Assembly (NCBI GenBank): GCA_035709005.1
Contig: DASTFB010000132.1
Coordinates: forward strand, 33,737 to 97,736
Origin: Candidatus Methylomirabilota bacterium
GTDB taxonomy: Bacteria > Methylomirabilota > Methylomirabilia > Rokubacteriales > CSP1-6
Direction of reading: 5' to 3'
DNA: 64,000 nucleotides
Shown: piece after piece, positions 19,276 through 27,652 of the stretch
Position numbering within the stretch: the stretch's first letter is position 1
How the letters are laid out: every line of letters starts with the position of its first letter
The notes under the pieces: model-generated
Told to the model about the DNA's origin: nothing
What the model saw: only the letters and a program-made list of their open reading frames with translations
Databases searched by the model: none
Program-made: the position numbers and the translations under genes

Positions 19276-19998
19276 TCAAGGTATGTACTTGCCGAGCCGC
19301 CACCACCGCATCCAGTGCCGCTCGCTATTCCACGACCAGTAGATCAGGAAGGCTTTGCCCTTGATCTTCTCCCGGCGGACGAACCCCCAGTAGCGGCTGT
19401 CCTGAGAATTGTCGCGGTTGTCCCCCATGACGAAGTAGGAGTCGGGCGGCACCGCGGTCGGCTCGCATCCGTAGGCGTAGCCGCAGTACGTCTGGCCGGT
19501 GCCGGTGTGGCCGGAGTTGGGCGCGGTGTGCTTGACGTAGGGTTCCCGCAGCCGCTGCCCGTTGACATGCACATCATGGCCCCGGATGACGATCTGGTCG
19601 CCGGGCACCCCGACGATCCGCTTGATGAAGTCTCGCTTCTCGTCCTGAGGGTACTTGAACACGATGATGTCGCCCCGCTGCGGCTCCCGCAGACCGGGCA
19701 TGTGGATGTCCGTGAAGGGCAGCTCGGGTCCGTACAGGAACTTGTTGACGAGGATGTAGTCCCCCACCAGGAGGGTGTCCATCATCGACCCGGACGGGAT
19801 GGTGAAGGCCTGGACCACCAGCGTGCGGATGATCAGGGCCAGGACGATCGCGATGACGATCGCCTCGCCGTACTCCCGAACCAGCGACTTCCGGCGTCCC
19901 TTGGTCCCGACCGTCTCGGTCGCCGCCCCGTCGCCGTCGCGCGATCCCGTGACCGGTACCCGTATTTTTGATTCCACCTCGACTTTTCGGTCGTCCAT
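19276..19998 (-). CDS. lepB: Signal peptidase I
   Basis: Catalytic Ser and Lys boxes (IPSGSMMDTL.., VMGDNRDNSQDSRYWG). Confidence 0.85.
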   Translation of the reverse strand: MDDRKVEVESKIRVPVTGSRDGDGAATETVGTKGRRKSLVREYGEAIVIAIVLALIIRTLVVQAFTIPSGSMMDTLLVGDYILVNKFLYGPELPFTDIHMPGLREPQRGDIIVFKYPQDEKRDFIKRIVGVPGDQIVIRGHDVHVNGQRLREPYVKHTAPNSGHTGTGQTYCGYAYGCEPTAVPPDSYFVMGDNRDNSQDSRYWGFVRREKIKGKAFLIYWSWNSERHWMRWWRLGKYIP

Positions 19999-19999
19999 G

Positions 20000-21790
20000 T
20001 CAGCTCTTGAGAACGGTGAGGAAGGCTTCCTGAGGTACCTCGACCTTGCCCACCTGCTTCATGCGCTTCTTGCCTTCTTTCTGCTTTTCGAGCAGCTTGC
20101 GTTTCCGGGTGATGTCTCCTCCGTAGCATTTGGCGGTGACGTTCTTGCCCATGGCCTTGACCGTCTCCCGGGCAATGACCCGGCTGCCGATGGCGGCCTG
20201 GATCGCGACTTCGTAAAGCTGGCGCGGGATCACCCCGCGGAGCTTCTCCACCAGCGTCTTGCCCCGCTCGTAGGCCTTGTCCCGGTGGACGATGATGCTC
20301 AGGGCATCGACGGGATCGCCGTTGAGGAGGATGTCGAGCTTCACGAGATGGGACGGCCGAAAGTCGGAGAACTCGTAGTCGAAGGAGGCGTAGCCCCGGG
20401 AGATCGACTTCAACGTGTCGTAGAAGTCGATGACGATCTCGGCCAGCGGGAAGTCGAAGCGGATGTGCACGCGCTTGCCGAGGTATTCCAGGGACTTGTG
20501 CTCGCCACGCTTCTCCTGGGCCAGTTTGTAGATGGCCGTCATGAACTCGGTGGGCACGTACACCGAGGACTTCACGTAAGGCTCTTCCATCGCCTCGATG
20601 TGATCGGGGGTGGGAAGCTTCGACGGGTTGTCGATGTCCAGGACCTCGCCGGCGGTCGTCAGGACCCGGTAGCGCACCGAGGGCGCGGTGACGATGACCG
20701 ACAGGTTGAACTCACGCTCCAATCGTTCCTGGACGATCTCCATGTGGAGCAGGCCCAGGAAGCCGCAGCGGAAGCCGTAGCCGAGTGCCAGCGAGGTCTC
20801 CGGCTCGAAGTTGAACGCGGGGTCGTTGAGCCGAAGCTTCTCCAGGGCGTCGCGCAGCGCCTCGTAGTCGGTGTCCTCGATGGGATAGAGGCCCGCGAAG
20901 ACCATCGGCTTGGCGTCGCGATACCCGGGAAACGGCTCGGCGGTGGGGCGGGCCGCCTCGGTGATGGTCTCGCCGACTTTCGCATCGGACACGCGCTTGA
21001 TGGAGGCCGTGAGATACCCGACCTGGCCGGCCGACAGCTCCTCGACCTGCCGCATCTCGGGCGTGAAGACCCCCACCTGCTGGACCTCGTAGGTCCGCCC
21101 GTTGGACATGAGGAGGATCCGCGTTCCGGCCCGCACGCGCCCGTCCTGCAGCCGCAGGTACACGACGACGCCCTGGTACGAGTCGTAGAAGGAGTCGAAG
21201 ACCAGGGCCTTGAGGGGGGCTGCCGCGTCGCCGGTGGGAGGCGGAATGCGGCTGACGATCGCCTCCAGCACCTCCGGCACTCCGGTGCCGTGTTTGGCCG
21301 AGATGGCCAGCGCGTCGGCGCCATCCAACCCCAGGACTTCCGAGATCTGGGTCCGCGTGCCCTCCTCGTCGGCCGCGGGGAGATCGATTTTGTTGATGAC
21401 GGGGATGATCGCCAGCCCGGCATCGGCGGCCAGATAGTAGTTGGCCAGGGTCTGAGCTTCGATGCCCTGGGAGGCGTCCACGATCAGCACGGCGCCCTCG
21501 CAGGCCGCCAGCGCCCGGGACACTTCGTAGGAGAAGTCCACATGTCCCGGCGTGTCGATGAGGTTCAGGGTGTATTCCTGGCCGTCGCGGGCCCGGTAGA
21601 GAAGGCGGACGGTGTGGGCCTTGATCGTGATCCCGCGTTCGCGCTCGAGGTCCATGGAATCGAGCACCTGATCGACGGCCTTCTTGGCGTCCATGGTACC
21701 GGTCAGCGCGAGCAGACGATCGGCCAGCGTCGACTTGCCATGGTCGATGTGGGCGACGATCGAGAAATTGCGGATGCGGGCCAGCGTCAT
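20000..21790 (-). CDS. lepA: Elongation factor 4 (LepA)
   Basis: 596 aa starting [27 protein letters not shown].. Full-length LepA. Confidence 0.95.
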   Translation of the reverse strand: MTLARIRNFSIVAHIDHGKSTLADRLLALTGTMDAKKAVDQVLDSMDLERERGITIKAHTVRLLYRARDGQEYTLNLIDTPGHVDFSYEVSRALAACEGAVLIVDASQGIEAQTLANYYLAADAGLAIIPVINKIDLPAADEEGTRTQISEVLGLDGADALAISAKHGTGVPEVLEAIVSRIPPPTGDAAAPLKALVFDSFYDSYQGVVVYLRLQDGRVRAGTRILLMSNGRTYEVQQVGVFTPEMRQVEELSAGQVGYLTASIKRVSDAKVGETITEAARPTAEPFPGYRDAKPMVFAGLYPIEDTDYEALRDALEKLRLNDPAFNFEPETSLALGYGFRCGFLGLLHMEIVQERLEREFNLSVIVTAPSVRYRVLTTAGEVLDIDNPSKLPTPDHIEAMEEPYVKSSVYVPTEFMTAIYKLAQEKRGEHKSLEYLGKRVHIRFDFPLAEIVIDFYDTLKSISRGYASFDYEFSDFRPSHLVKLDILLNGDPVDALSIIVHRDKAYERGKTLVEKLRGVIPRQLYEVAIQAAIGSRVIARETVKAMGKNVTAKCYGGDITRKRKLLEKQKEGKKRMKQVGKVEVPQEAFLTVLKS

Positions 21791-21807
21791 GACGCCTCAG
21801 TCTACCA

Positions 21808-22878
21808 TCAGCGAGTGATCCGAGCCCCGTCGCTCACGACGGTTCCGGCCGCCACCACGGCGCCCCCCGCGATGGTGGCGTCGCTGCCGATGCGAACGTC
21901 GTTGGCGATCACGCACTCGCGAAGGACGGCGCCGGCTCCGATTTGCACACGCTCCCAGACCACCGCCTCCTCCACGCGGGCCCCGGAGCCGACCACGGAG
22001 CCGGCCCCGATGACGGTCCGCGGCCCTACCCTGGCTCGGTCTTCCACGCGCGCGGCGGCGCCGATGACGACGGCGCCTTCCAGGCGGGCGTCCGAAGCCA
22101 GGACGACGTCCTCGGCCACCCAGGCCGCGCCCTGCCGCCGCCCAGCGGGAACCAGCGACGTGCGCACCCGCCCGTCGAGCAGGTCCATCTGGGCGATGCG
22201 ATAGGCGTCGGGGCTCCCGATGTCCCGCCAGTACGCGGTGGGGCACCAGGCGAAGCAGGCGACGCCGTCGGCAATCAGGGCGGGGAAGACCTCGCGCTCG
22301 ATCGAGACGGCCCGTTCGGCAGGGATTCGCCGCAGCAATTCGGCGTCGAGCAGGTAGACGCCGGCGTTGATCGTGTCCGCCGTGAGAGGCTCATCCGTCG
22401 CCGGCTTCTCCCGAAAGCGATGGATACGGCCGTCGGCATCGATTTCGACCAGGCCGTACGGTCGGGGATCGGGGACCCGCGTCAATAGAATGGTGAGGCG
22501 GGCCTGCCGCGCCTCGTGGAACCTGGCCATCGCCGTGAGGTCGACGTCGGTCAGGATGTCGCCGTTGAGCACCCAGACCCGGCCGCGGACGAGATCGGCC
22601 GCGTTGCGCACGCCCCCGCCCGTGCCCAGCGGCTCCTTTTCCACGACGTACCGCAGCCCGGCGCCCAACATCGCGACGCCCATCGCGTCCCTGACGTCTT
22701 CCACCCGGTATGAGCACGTGAGGATCACGTCGCCCACGCCGTGCTGACTCAGCAGTGCGAGCTGATAGGCGAGAAAGGGCCGGTTCAGGAGCGGGACCAC
22801 CGGTTTGGCGCGAGCCAGCGTCAGCGGGCGAAGCCGCGTCCCCTGGCCTCCGGCGAGGATGACGGCCTGGGCGCTCAG
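21808..22878 (-). CDS. NDP-sugar pyrophosphorylase (mannose-1-P guanylyltransferase / glucose-1-P thymidylyltransferase-like) with a C-terminal left-handed beta-helix
   Basis: The ORF track starts at a GTG at 22800. The essential AVILAGGQGTRLRPLT motif is encoded in frame just upstream of that GTG, with no ATG, GTG or TTG before it, which suggests a CTG start at about 22878 or a sequence error. Confidence 0.7.
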   Translation of the reverse strand: MSAQAVILAGGQGTRLRPLTLARAKPVVPLLNRPFLAYQLALLSQHGVGDVILTCSYRVEDVRDAMGVAMLGAGLRYVVEKEPLGTGGGVRNAADLVRGRVWVLNGDILTDVDLTAMARFHEARQARLTILLTRVPDPRPYGLVEIDADGRIHRFREKPATDEPLTADTINAGVYLLDAELLRRIPAERAVSIEREVFPALIADGVACFAWCPTAYWRDIGSPDAYRIAQMDLLDGRVRTSLVPAGRRQGAAWVAEDVVLASDARLEGAVVIGAAARVEDRARVGPRTVIGAGSVVGSGARVEEAVVWERVQIGAGAVLRECVIANDVRIGSDATIAGGAVVAAGTVVSDGARITR

Positions 22879-23045
22879 CTGTTCGGCGCCCAGGGCTGGG
22901 CCTCGTCGATGAGCATGACGGGGATGCCGTCGCGGATCGGGTAGGCCTTGCGGCAGGCCGGACAGATGATACGCGTCTCCTCGAACCGGAGATCGCCCTT
23001 ACAGGCCGGGCAGACCAGGATAGCTTTGAGCTCATCGTCGATCAT
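22875..23045 (-). CDS. Trm112/YcaR-family small zinc-ribbon protein (56 aa)
   Basis: MIDDELKAILVCPACKGDLRFEETRIICPACRKAYPIRDGIPVMLIDEAQ. Not in the ORF track as such (a 214-aa ORF there is in another frame). Confidence 0.7.
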   Translation of the reverse strand: MIDDELKAILVCPACKGDLRFEETRIICPACRKAYPIRDGIPVMLIDEAQPWAPNS

Positions 23046-23049
23046 GGCG

Positions 23050-23973
23050 TCACCCCCTTTCTTTAAAGTGCTCGAGCGTGCGCGTCAGGCCCTCGTCGAG
23101 CGCGGTGGCCGGGGTCCAGCCCAGCACGGCCTTCACGCGGCCGGCGTCGAGAACGCTGCGACGCTGTTCCCCCGGCTTGGCCGGGCCGTGCACGGGAGCC
23201 CGGTCGATCCGGGCCAGCCGGGCCAGCCGCCGGTAGAGCTCGTTCACCGTCGTCTCGATGCCGGTGGCGATGTTGAACACGCCCATGGCATCGGCGCGGG
23301 TCAGGGTCCGCACCACGGCGTCGGCGACGTCGTCCACGTAGACATAGTCGCGAGTCTGCTCGCCATCACCGTTGATGAGACAGGACTGCCCGCTCAGGAG
23401 GCGGTGGGTGAAGATGGCGACCACGCCGGCCTCTCCGTGCGGATTCTGCCGGGGCCCGTAGACGTTGGCCAGCCGCAGCGACACCCCGCGGCCACCGCCG
23501 AGGTCCGCCCAGACCTCCAGGTATCGCTCGGCCGCGACCTTGGACACCCCGTAGGGGGACGTGGCCCGCGTCGGGTGGTCCTCCGGAGTGGGCAGCACGT
23601 CGGTGTCGCCATAGGCGGCGCCTCCGGTGGACGTGTAGACGACGCGGCCCACCCCGACCCGGCGGCAGGCCTCGAGCAGGTTGAGCGTACCGAGGAGGTT
23701 CACGCTGGCGTCGAAGGCCGGATCGATCACGGAGCGCGCCACCGCCGCCTGAGCGGCCACGTGGACGACGGCCTCGGGCCGCTGGGCGGCAACGATGCCG
23801 GCCAGGCGGGCGCTGCGGATGTCGCAGACCTGCAGCGTCGCTTGGGGGTGGAGATTCGCAGCCCGACCGCTGCTCAGGTTGTCGACGACGACGACCGTGT
23901 GCCCGTCGGCGACGAGGCGGTCGACGACGTGGGAGCCGATGAAGCCGGCTCCGCCGGTGACCAGAACTTTCAC
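23050..23973 (-). CDS. NAD-dependent epimerase/dehydratase (UDP-sugar 4-epimerase-like)
   Basis: Motifs [10 protein letters not shown] and YxxxK (SPYGVSK). Confidence 0.8.
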   Translation of the reverse strand: MKVLVTGGAGFIGSHVVDRLVADGHTVVVVDNLSSGRAANLHPQATLQVCDIRSARLAGIVAAQRPEAVVHVAAQAAVARSVIDPAFDASVNLLGTLNLLEACRRVGVGRVVYTSTGGAAYGDTDVLPTPEDHPTRATSPYGVSKVAAERYLEVWADLGGGRGVSLRLANVYGPRQNPHGEAGVVAIFTHRLLSGQSCLINGDGEQTRDYVYVDDVADAVVRTLTRADAMGVFNIATGIETTVNELYRRLARLARIDRAPVHGPAKPGEQRRSVLDAGRVKAVLGWTPATALDEGLTRTLEHFKERG

Positions 23974-24905
23974 CGGCCCAGCTTCCTGCGAAACCAGTCG
24001 ATGGTGAGCCGGAGGCCTTCCTCGCTATCCAGGCGCGGCTCCCAGCCGAGCAGGGTGCGAGCGCGCGTGATGTCGGGTTGGCGCACCTTGGGGTCGTCCT
24101 CGGGCAGGGGCCGGAAGACGATCTCGCTGGGGGACGCCGTGAGGCGGATGATTCGCTTGGCCAGCTCCAGCAGGGTCATCTCGTGGGGATTGCCCAGGTT
24201 GACGGGCTCGTTGATCGGCGCCTGCATCAAGCGCCAGATGCCCTCCACCAGGTCGTCGATGTACTGGAAGGATCGGGTCTGCGAGCCGTCGCCGAAGACG
24301 GTGAGGGGCTGGCCGGTGAGGGCCTGGGTGACGAAGGCCGGAATGGCCCGGCCGTCGTTGAGCCGCATGCGGGGGCCGTGACAGTTGAAGATCCGGGCGA
24401 TACGAGTGTCGATGCCGTGCGTCCGGTGATAGGCCATCGTCAGGGCCTCGGCGAAGCGCTTGGCTTCGTCGTACACGCCGCGCGGGCCCACCGGATTGAC
24501 ATGGCCCCAATAGTCCTCGCGCTGAGGATGCACGAGCGGGTCGCCGTACACCTCCGATGTGGAGGCCAGCAAGAAGCACGCCCGCTTGGCCTTGGCCACC
24601 CCGAGGGCCTGGTGCGTGCCCAGCGCCCCCACCTTGAGGGTCTGGATGGGCAGGGCCAGGTAGTCGTTGGGGGAGGCGGGACTGGCAAAGTGCAGGATCC
24701 AGTCGAGCTCACCCTCGACCTCGATGTAGTGCGTGACGTCGTGGCGGACCAGCGTGAAGCCGGGGTCGTCGCGGAGGGGGGCCACATTCTCCGGCGTGCC
24801 GGTGATGAAGTTGTCCATGCACACGACACGCGCGGAGCGCCGCAGCAGGAACTCGCACAGGTGGGAGCCGATGAAGCCTGCGCCGCCGGTGATGAGCACC
24901 CGCAT
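23970..24905 (-). CDS. UDP-glucuronate decarboxylase (UDP-xylose synthase)
   Basis: UXS-type SDR ([30 protein letters not shown]). Its ATG overlaps the stop of the upstream gene. Confidence 0.8.
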   Translation of the reverse strand: MRVLITGGAGFIGSHLCEFLLRRSARVVCMDNFITGTPENVAPLRDDPGFTLVRHDVTHYIEVEGELDWILHFASPASPNDYLALPIQTLKVGALGTHQALGVAKAKRACFLLASTSEVYGDPLVHPQREDYWGHVNPVGPRGVYDEAKRFAEALTMAYHRTHGIDTRIARIFNCHGPRMRLNDGRAIPAFVTQALTGQPLTVFGDGSQTRSFQYIDDLVEGIWRLMQAPINEPVNLGNPHEMTLLELAKRIIRLTASPSEIVFRPLPEDDPKVRQPDITRARTLLGWEPRLDSEEGLRLTIDWFRRKLGR

Positions 24906-24914
24906 GGTGGCGGG

Positions 24915-26225
24915 CTAGGCGGGCAACACCGGCTTGCGGCCGATGGAGTAGTACTCGAACCCGAGGCGGCGCATGCGCTCCGGCTCCCAAAGATTCCGCC
25001 CGTCGAAGATCACCGGCCGGCGCATCAGGCCGCGCACGCGCTCCAGGTTGAGAAACTTGAACTCGTTCCACTCGGTGACGAGGACGAGCCCGTCGGCCCC
25101 GGTCGCCGCCTCGTAGGGAGAATCGCAATAGCTGACCGCGGCCGACAGCGCCTTGCGGGCATTGGGCACCGCCACCGGATCGTAGGCCCGGACCCGGGCA
25201 CCAAGAGCGAGCACCCGGCCGATGACCTCGATCGACTTCGCCTCGCGCATGTCATCGGTGTTGGGTTTGAAGGCCAGCCCCAGGATGGCCAGGGTCTTGT
25301 CGTCCAACGGATCGAGCGTCTTCCGGATCTTCTCGACGAAGTGGGAGACACGGTCGCGGTTGATGTCGATCACCGCCTTGAGCAGCCGGAAGTCGTAGCC
25401 GAGCGTGGCGGCGGTGTGGATCAACGAGTCGGTGTCTTTGGGAAAGCAGCTTCCCCCGAAGCCGAGCCCGGCCTGCATGAACGCCGGCCCGATGCGGGCG
25501 TCCAGGCCGACCCCTTTGGTGACCTGAGCGACGTCGGCACCCGCCAGCTCGCAGATATTGGCGATGGCGTTGATGAAGGAGATCTTGGCGGCCAGACAAG
25601 CGTTGGAGGCGTACTTGATCATCTCCGCCGACGGCACATCGGTGATGATCATCGGGCGCTCCAGCGGGGCGTAGAGCTCGAGCAGGATCATGGCCACCTG
25701 CTGGTTGGAGGCGCCGATGACGATCCGATCCGGGCGCAGGGTATCCTCGATGGCCGAGCCCTCGCGCAGGAACTCCGGGTTCGACACCACGTCGAAGGGC
25801 ACCGGCCTGGGCTGGTGTCGCTGGATCACATCGCGCACGAGGTCCCCGGTGCCCACCGGCACCGTCGACTTGTTCACGATCACCGTGTGCCGCTCCATGG
25901 CCTGCCCGATGCCCTTGGCCACCGCCTCCACCGCCGTCAGGTCGGTCTGGCCGTTGTTGCCGGCCGGCGTGGCCACCGTGATGAAGACGATCTGCGATCG
26001 TTTGACAGCGGCGGCCAGATCGACGGTGAAGCGCAGGCGCCCATCGGTGACGTTTCGGGCGACCATCTCCTCCAGCCCCGGCTCATAGATGGGCATCCGG
26101 CCGGCTTCCAGGGCGGCGATCTTATCCGGCTGGTTGTCCACACAGATGACCTCGTTGCCGAGGTCGGCGAACACCGCGCCGGTGACGAGACCGACATAGC
26201 CGGTTCCGACTACGCAGATGTTCAT
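24915..26225 (-). CDS. ugd: UDP-glucose 6-dehydrogenase
   Basis: 436 aa starting MNICVVGTGYVGLVTG.. UDP-glucose/GDP-mannose dehydrogenase family. Confidence 0.9.
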   Translation of the reverse strand: MNICVVGTGYVGLVTGAVFADLGNEVICVDNQPDKIAALEAGRMPIYEPGLEEMVARNVTDGRLRFTVDLAAAVKRSQIVFITVATPAGNNGQTDLTAVEAVAKGIGQAMERHTVIVNKSTVPVGTGDLVRDVIQRHQPRPVPFDVVSNPEFLREGSAIEDTLRPDRIVIGASNQQVAMILLELYAPLERPMIITDVPSAEMIKYASNACLAAKISFINAIANICELAGADVAQVTKGVGLDARIGPAFMQAGLGFGGSCFPKDTDSLIHTAATLGYDFRLLKAVIDINRDRVSHFVEKIRKTLDPLDDKTLAILGLAFKPNTDDMREAKSIEVIGRVLALGARVRAYDPVAVPNARKALSAAVSYCDSPYEAATGADGLVLVTEWNEFKFLNLERVRGLMRRPVIFDGRNLWEPERMRRLGFEYYSIGRKPVLPA

Positions 26226-26309
26226 GGAGGTTGGCCAGACCCATGATAGCAGAGGCAGGCAAGCTTGAACGAGCCCGCGACGATCGACCGGGCGTGAACG
26301 ACCGCCGGC

Positions 26310-26507
26310 TCAGGCTACCAGGGGGCCGTCGTCCGTCGGGTCGGAATCCGCGAGCCCGTCGATCTGCTCGCGGGCGTTGCGCTGCGCCTCGCCCAGGGAA
26401 TCAAAGCGGTGGCCCGAGATCGTGATGGTATTGCTTTCATCCCGGGCCTTCCACATCCACTCCCGTCGATGGCGACCGACGGGCACGAACTCCACTCTGA
26501 CCGGCAC
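26310..26507 (-). CDS. Small DUF1508/YegP-like protein (about 65 aa)
   Basis: From a GTG at about 26507 preceded by GGAGGAG: VPVRVEFVPVGRHRREWMWKARDESNTITISGHRFDSLGEAQRNAREQIDGL matches a single YegP-like repeat. The ORF track extends it to a TTG at 26564, across the predicted sigma-54 promoter. Confidence 0.5.
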   Translation of the reverse strand: MPVRVEFVPVGRHRREWMWKARDESNTITISGHRFDSLGEAQRNAREQIDGLADSDPTDDGPLVA

Positions 26508-26544
26508 GTGACTCCTCCAACCTTCGAATGCCGCGAGCGGAGGT

Positions 26545-26559
26545 GCAATGCCAGTGCCA
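26545..26559 (-). promoter_or_regulatory. Consensus sigma-54 promoter (TGGCAC-N5-TTGC) upstream of the DUF1508 gene
   Basis: The minus strand reads cTGGCACtggcaTTGCa. The predicted start site is about 27 nt upstream of the GTG with its SD. Confidence 0.4.
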
Positions 26560-26597
26560 GGCAAGTTTAGGTGCGCGTCGGACGTGTGCCTCCAGGA

Positions 26598-27353
26598 CTA
26601 GGCGTCGTCCCGCTCGGCGGCGACCCACCGGAAGAACACGAGGGTGAAGACGGCCAGCGGGACCACGCCGGACGGGACCCACATGAGGACCCCGCCCAGG
26701 CGCTGGTCGACCAACGGGTCTACGCCCAGGCTCGAGGCGGCCGCGGCGTACGAGGGATAGAGCACCTGCTCGGCGGCGGTGATCATCGCCGCCACCACGG
26801 TCATGGGCACGCCGAAGACGAACAGGTAAAGCAGCTGGGCCCCGTAGGGCAACGCCGGCAGAAGCCGCGACGGGCTCAACACCGGCCACCACGCGAGCAC
26901 GGCCGCCGCCACGAGTGCGGCGTGCTCGAGGGCGTGCCAGCCGGCAGAGCCCAGGGCGCGCTCGAAGGGGCCCGGGAGGTGCCACACGACGAGGGCCGCC
27001 TCGTACAGGATCAGCGCCGACACCGGATGGGTGACCGCACGCGCGACGCGCCGGCCGGCGAGCGGCCGGAGGAGGCGGGCGAGGATCCCGTCGATCATCC
27101 AGTCCGGCGTGCCGGCCAGGAGCAGGGGCGGCACCACCAGCATCAGAAGCAGGTGCTGCACCATGTGGGCGCTGAACAGGGCTTGCTCGGCCAGGTCGTG
27201 CAGCGGTCCGTTGACGGCGCCCAGGGCGGCCAGCAGGCCGGCGCCGAACGCCATGGTCCTTTCGACGGGCGGGCGCCACCGCCGGCGCCACCACGCCAGA
27301 GCCCACATCATAAACAGCGCGGCCGCCCCGACGAGGCTCTCCAGGTGGATCAT
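26598..27353 (-). CDS. ctaG: Cytochrome c oxidase (caa3-type) assembly factor CtaG
   Basis: 251-aa polytopic membrane protein with conserved His residues (HMVQHLLLMLVVPPLLLAG). Confidence 0.65.
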   Translation of the reverse strand: MIHLESLVGAAALFMMWALAWWRRRWRPPVERTMAFGAGLLAALGAVNGPLHDLAEQALFSAHMVQHLLLMLVVPPLLLAGTPDWMIDGILARLLRPLAGRRVARAVTHPVSALILYEAALVVWHLPGPFERALGSAGWHALEHAALVAAAVLAWWPVLSPSRLLPALPYGAQLLYLFVFGVPMTVVAAMITAAEQVLYPSYAAAASSLGVDPLVDQRLGGVLMWVPSGVVPLAVFTLVFFRWVAAERDDA

Positions 27354-27652
27354 CGCCCGAGCACCAGGAACTCCCCGTAGAGCGTCAGCAGCGCCAGCCC
27401 CAGGCTGATGGCGACGACGAGCGGACCCACGAAGAGCACGGTCAGCGAGCGGCCCTCGTAGCGGAGGTGCATGAAGAACAGCACCACCAGCGCGAACTTC
27501 GCCGTCGACATGACGAGCAGCAGCGGCACGATGACGGGGGCCAGACGCCGGATATAGATGACCCCGAATTCCAGCGCGGTGATCAGCGTCAGGATGACGG
27601 CGACCGCGACGTAGGTACGAACGGTCGCGTGATGCGGGGCGTTGCTCTTCAT
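27350..27652 (-). CDS. ctaF: Cytochrome c oxidase subunit IV (CtaF-like, about 100 aa)
   Basis: From the internal Met MKSNAPHH.. there are three transmembrane helices. Its ATG overlaps the stop of ctaD/E. Confidence 0.6.
   Translation of the reverse strand: MKSNAPHHATVRTYVAVAVILTLITALEFGVIYIRRLAPVIVPLLLVMSTAKFALVVLFFMHLRYEGRSLTVLFVGPLVVAISLGLALLTLYGEFLVLGR

Noticed and set aside
19775-26246. Very long plus-strand ORFs (809 aa and 722 aa) across the lepA / sugar-nucleotide genes
   Set aside because: Same artefact. The minus-strand genes here have clear homology, and the plus-strand translations have no recognisable domains.
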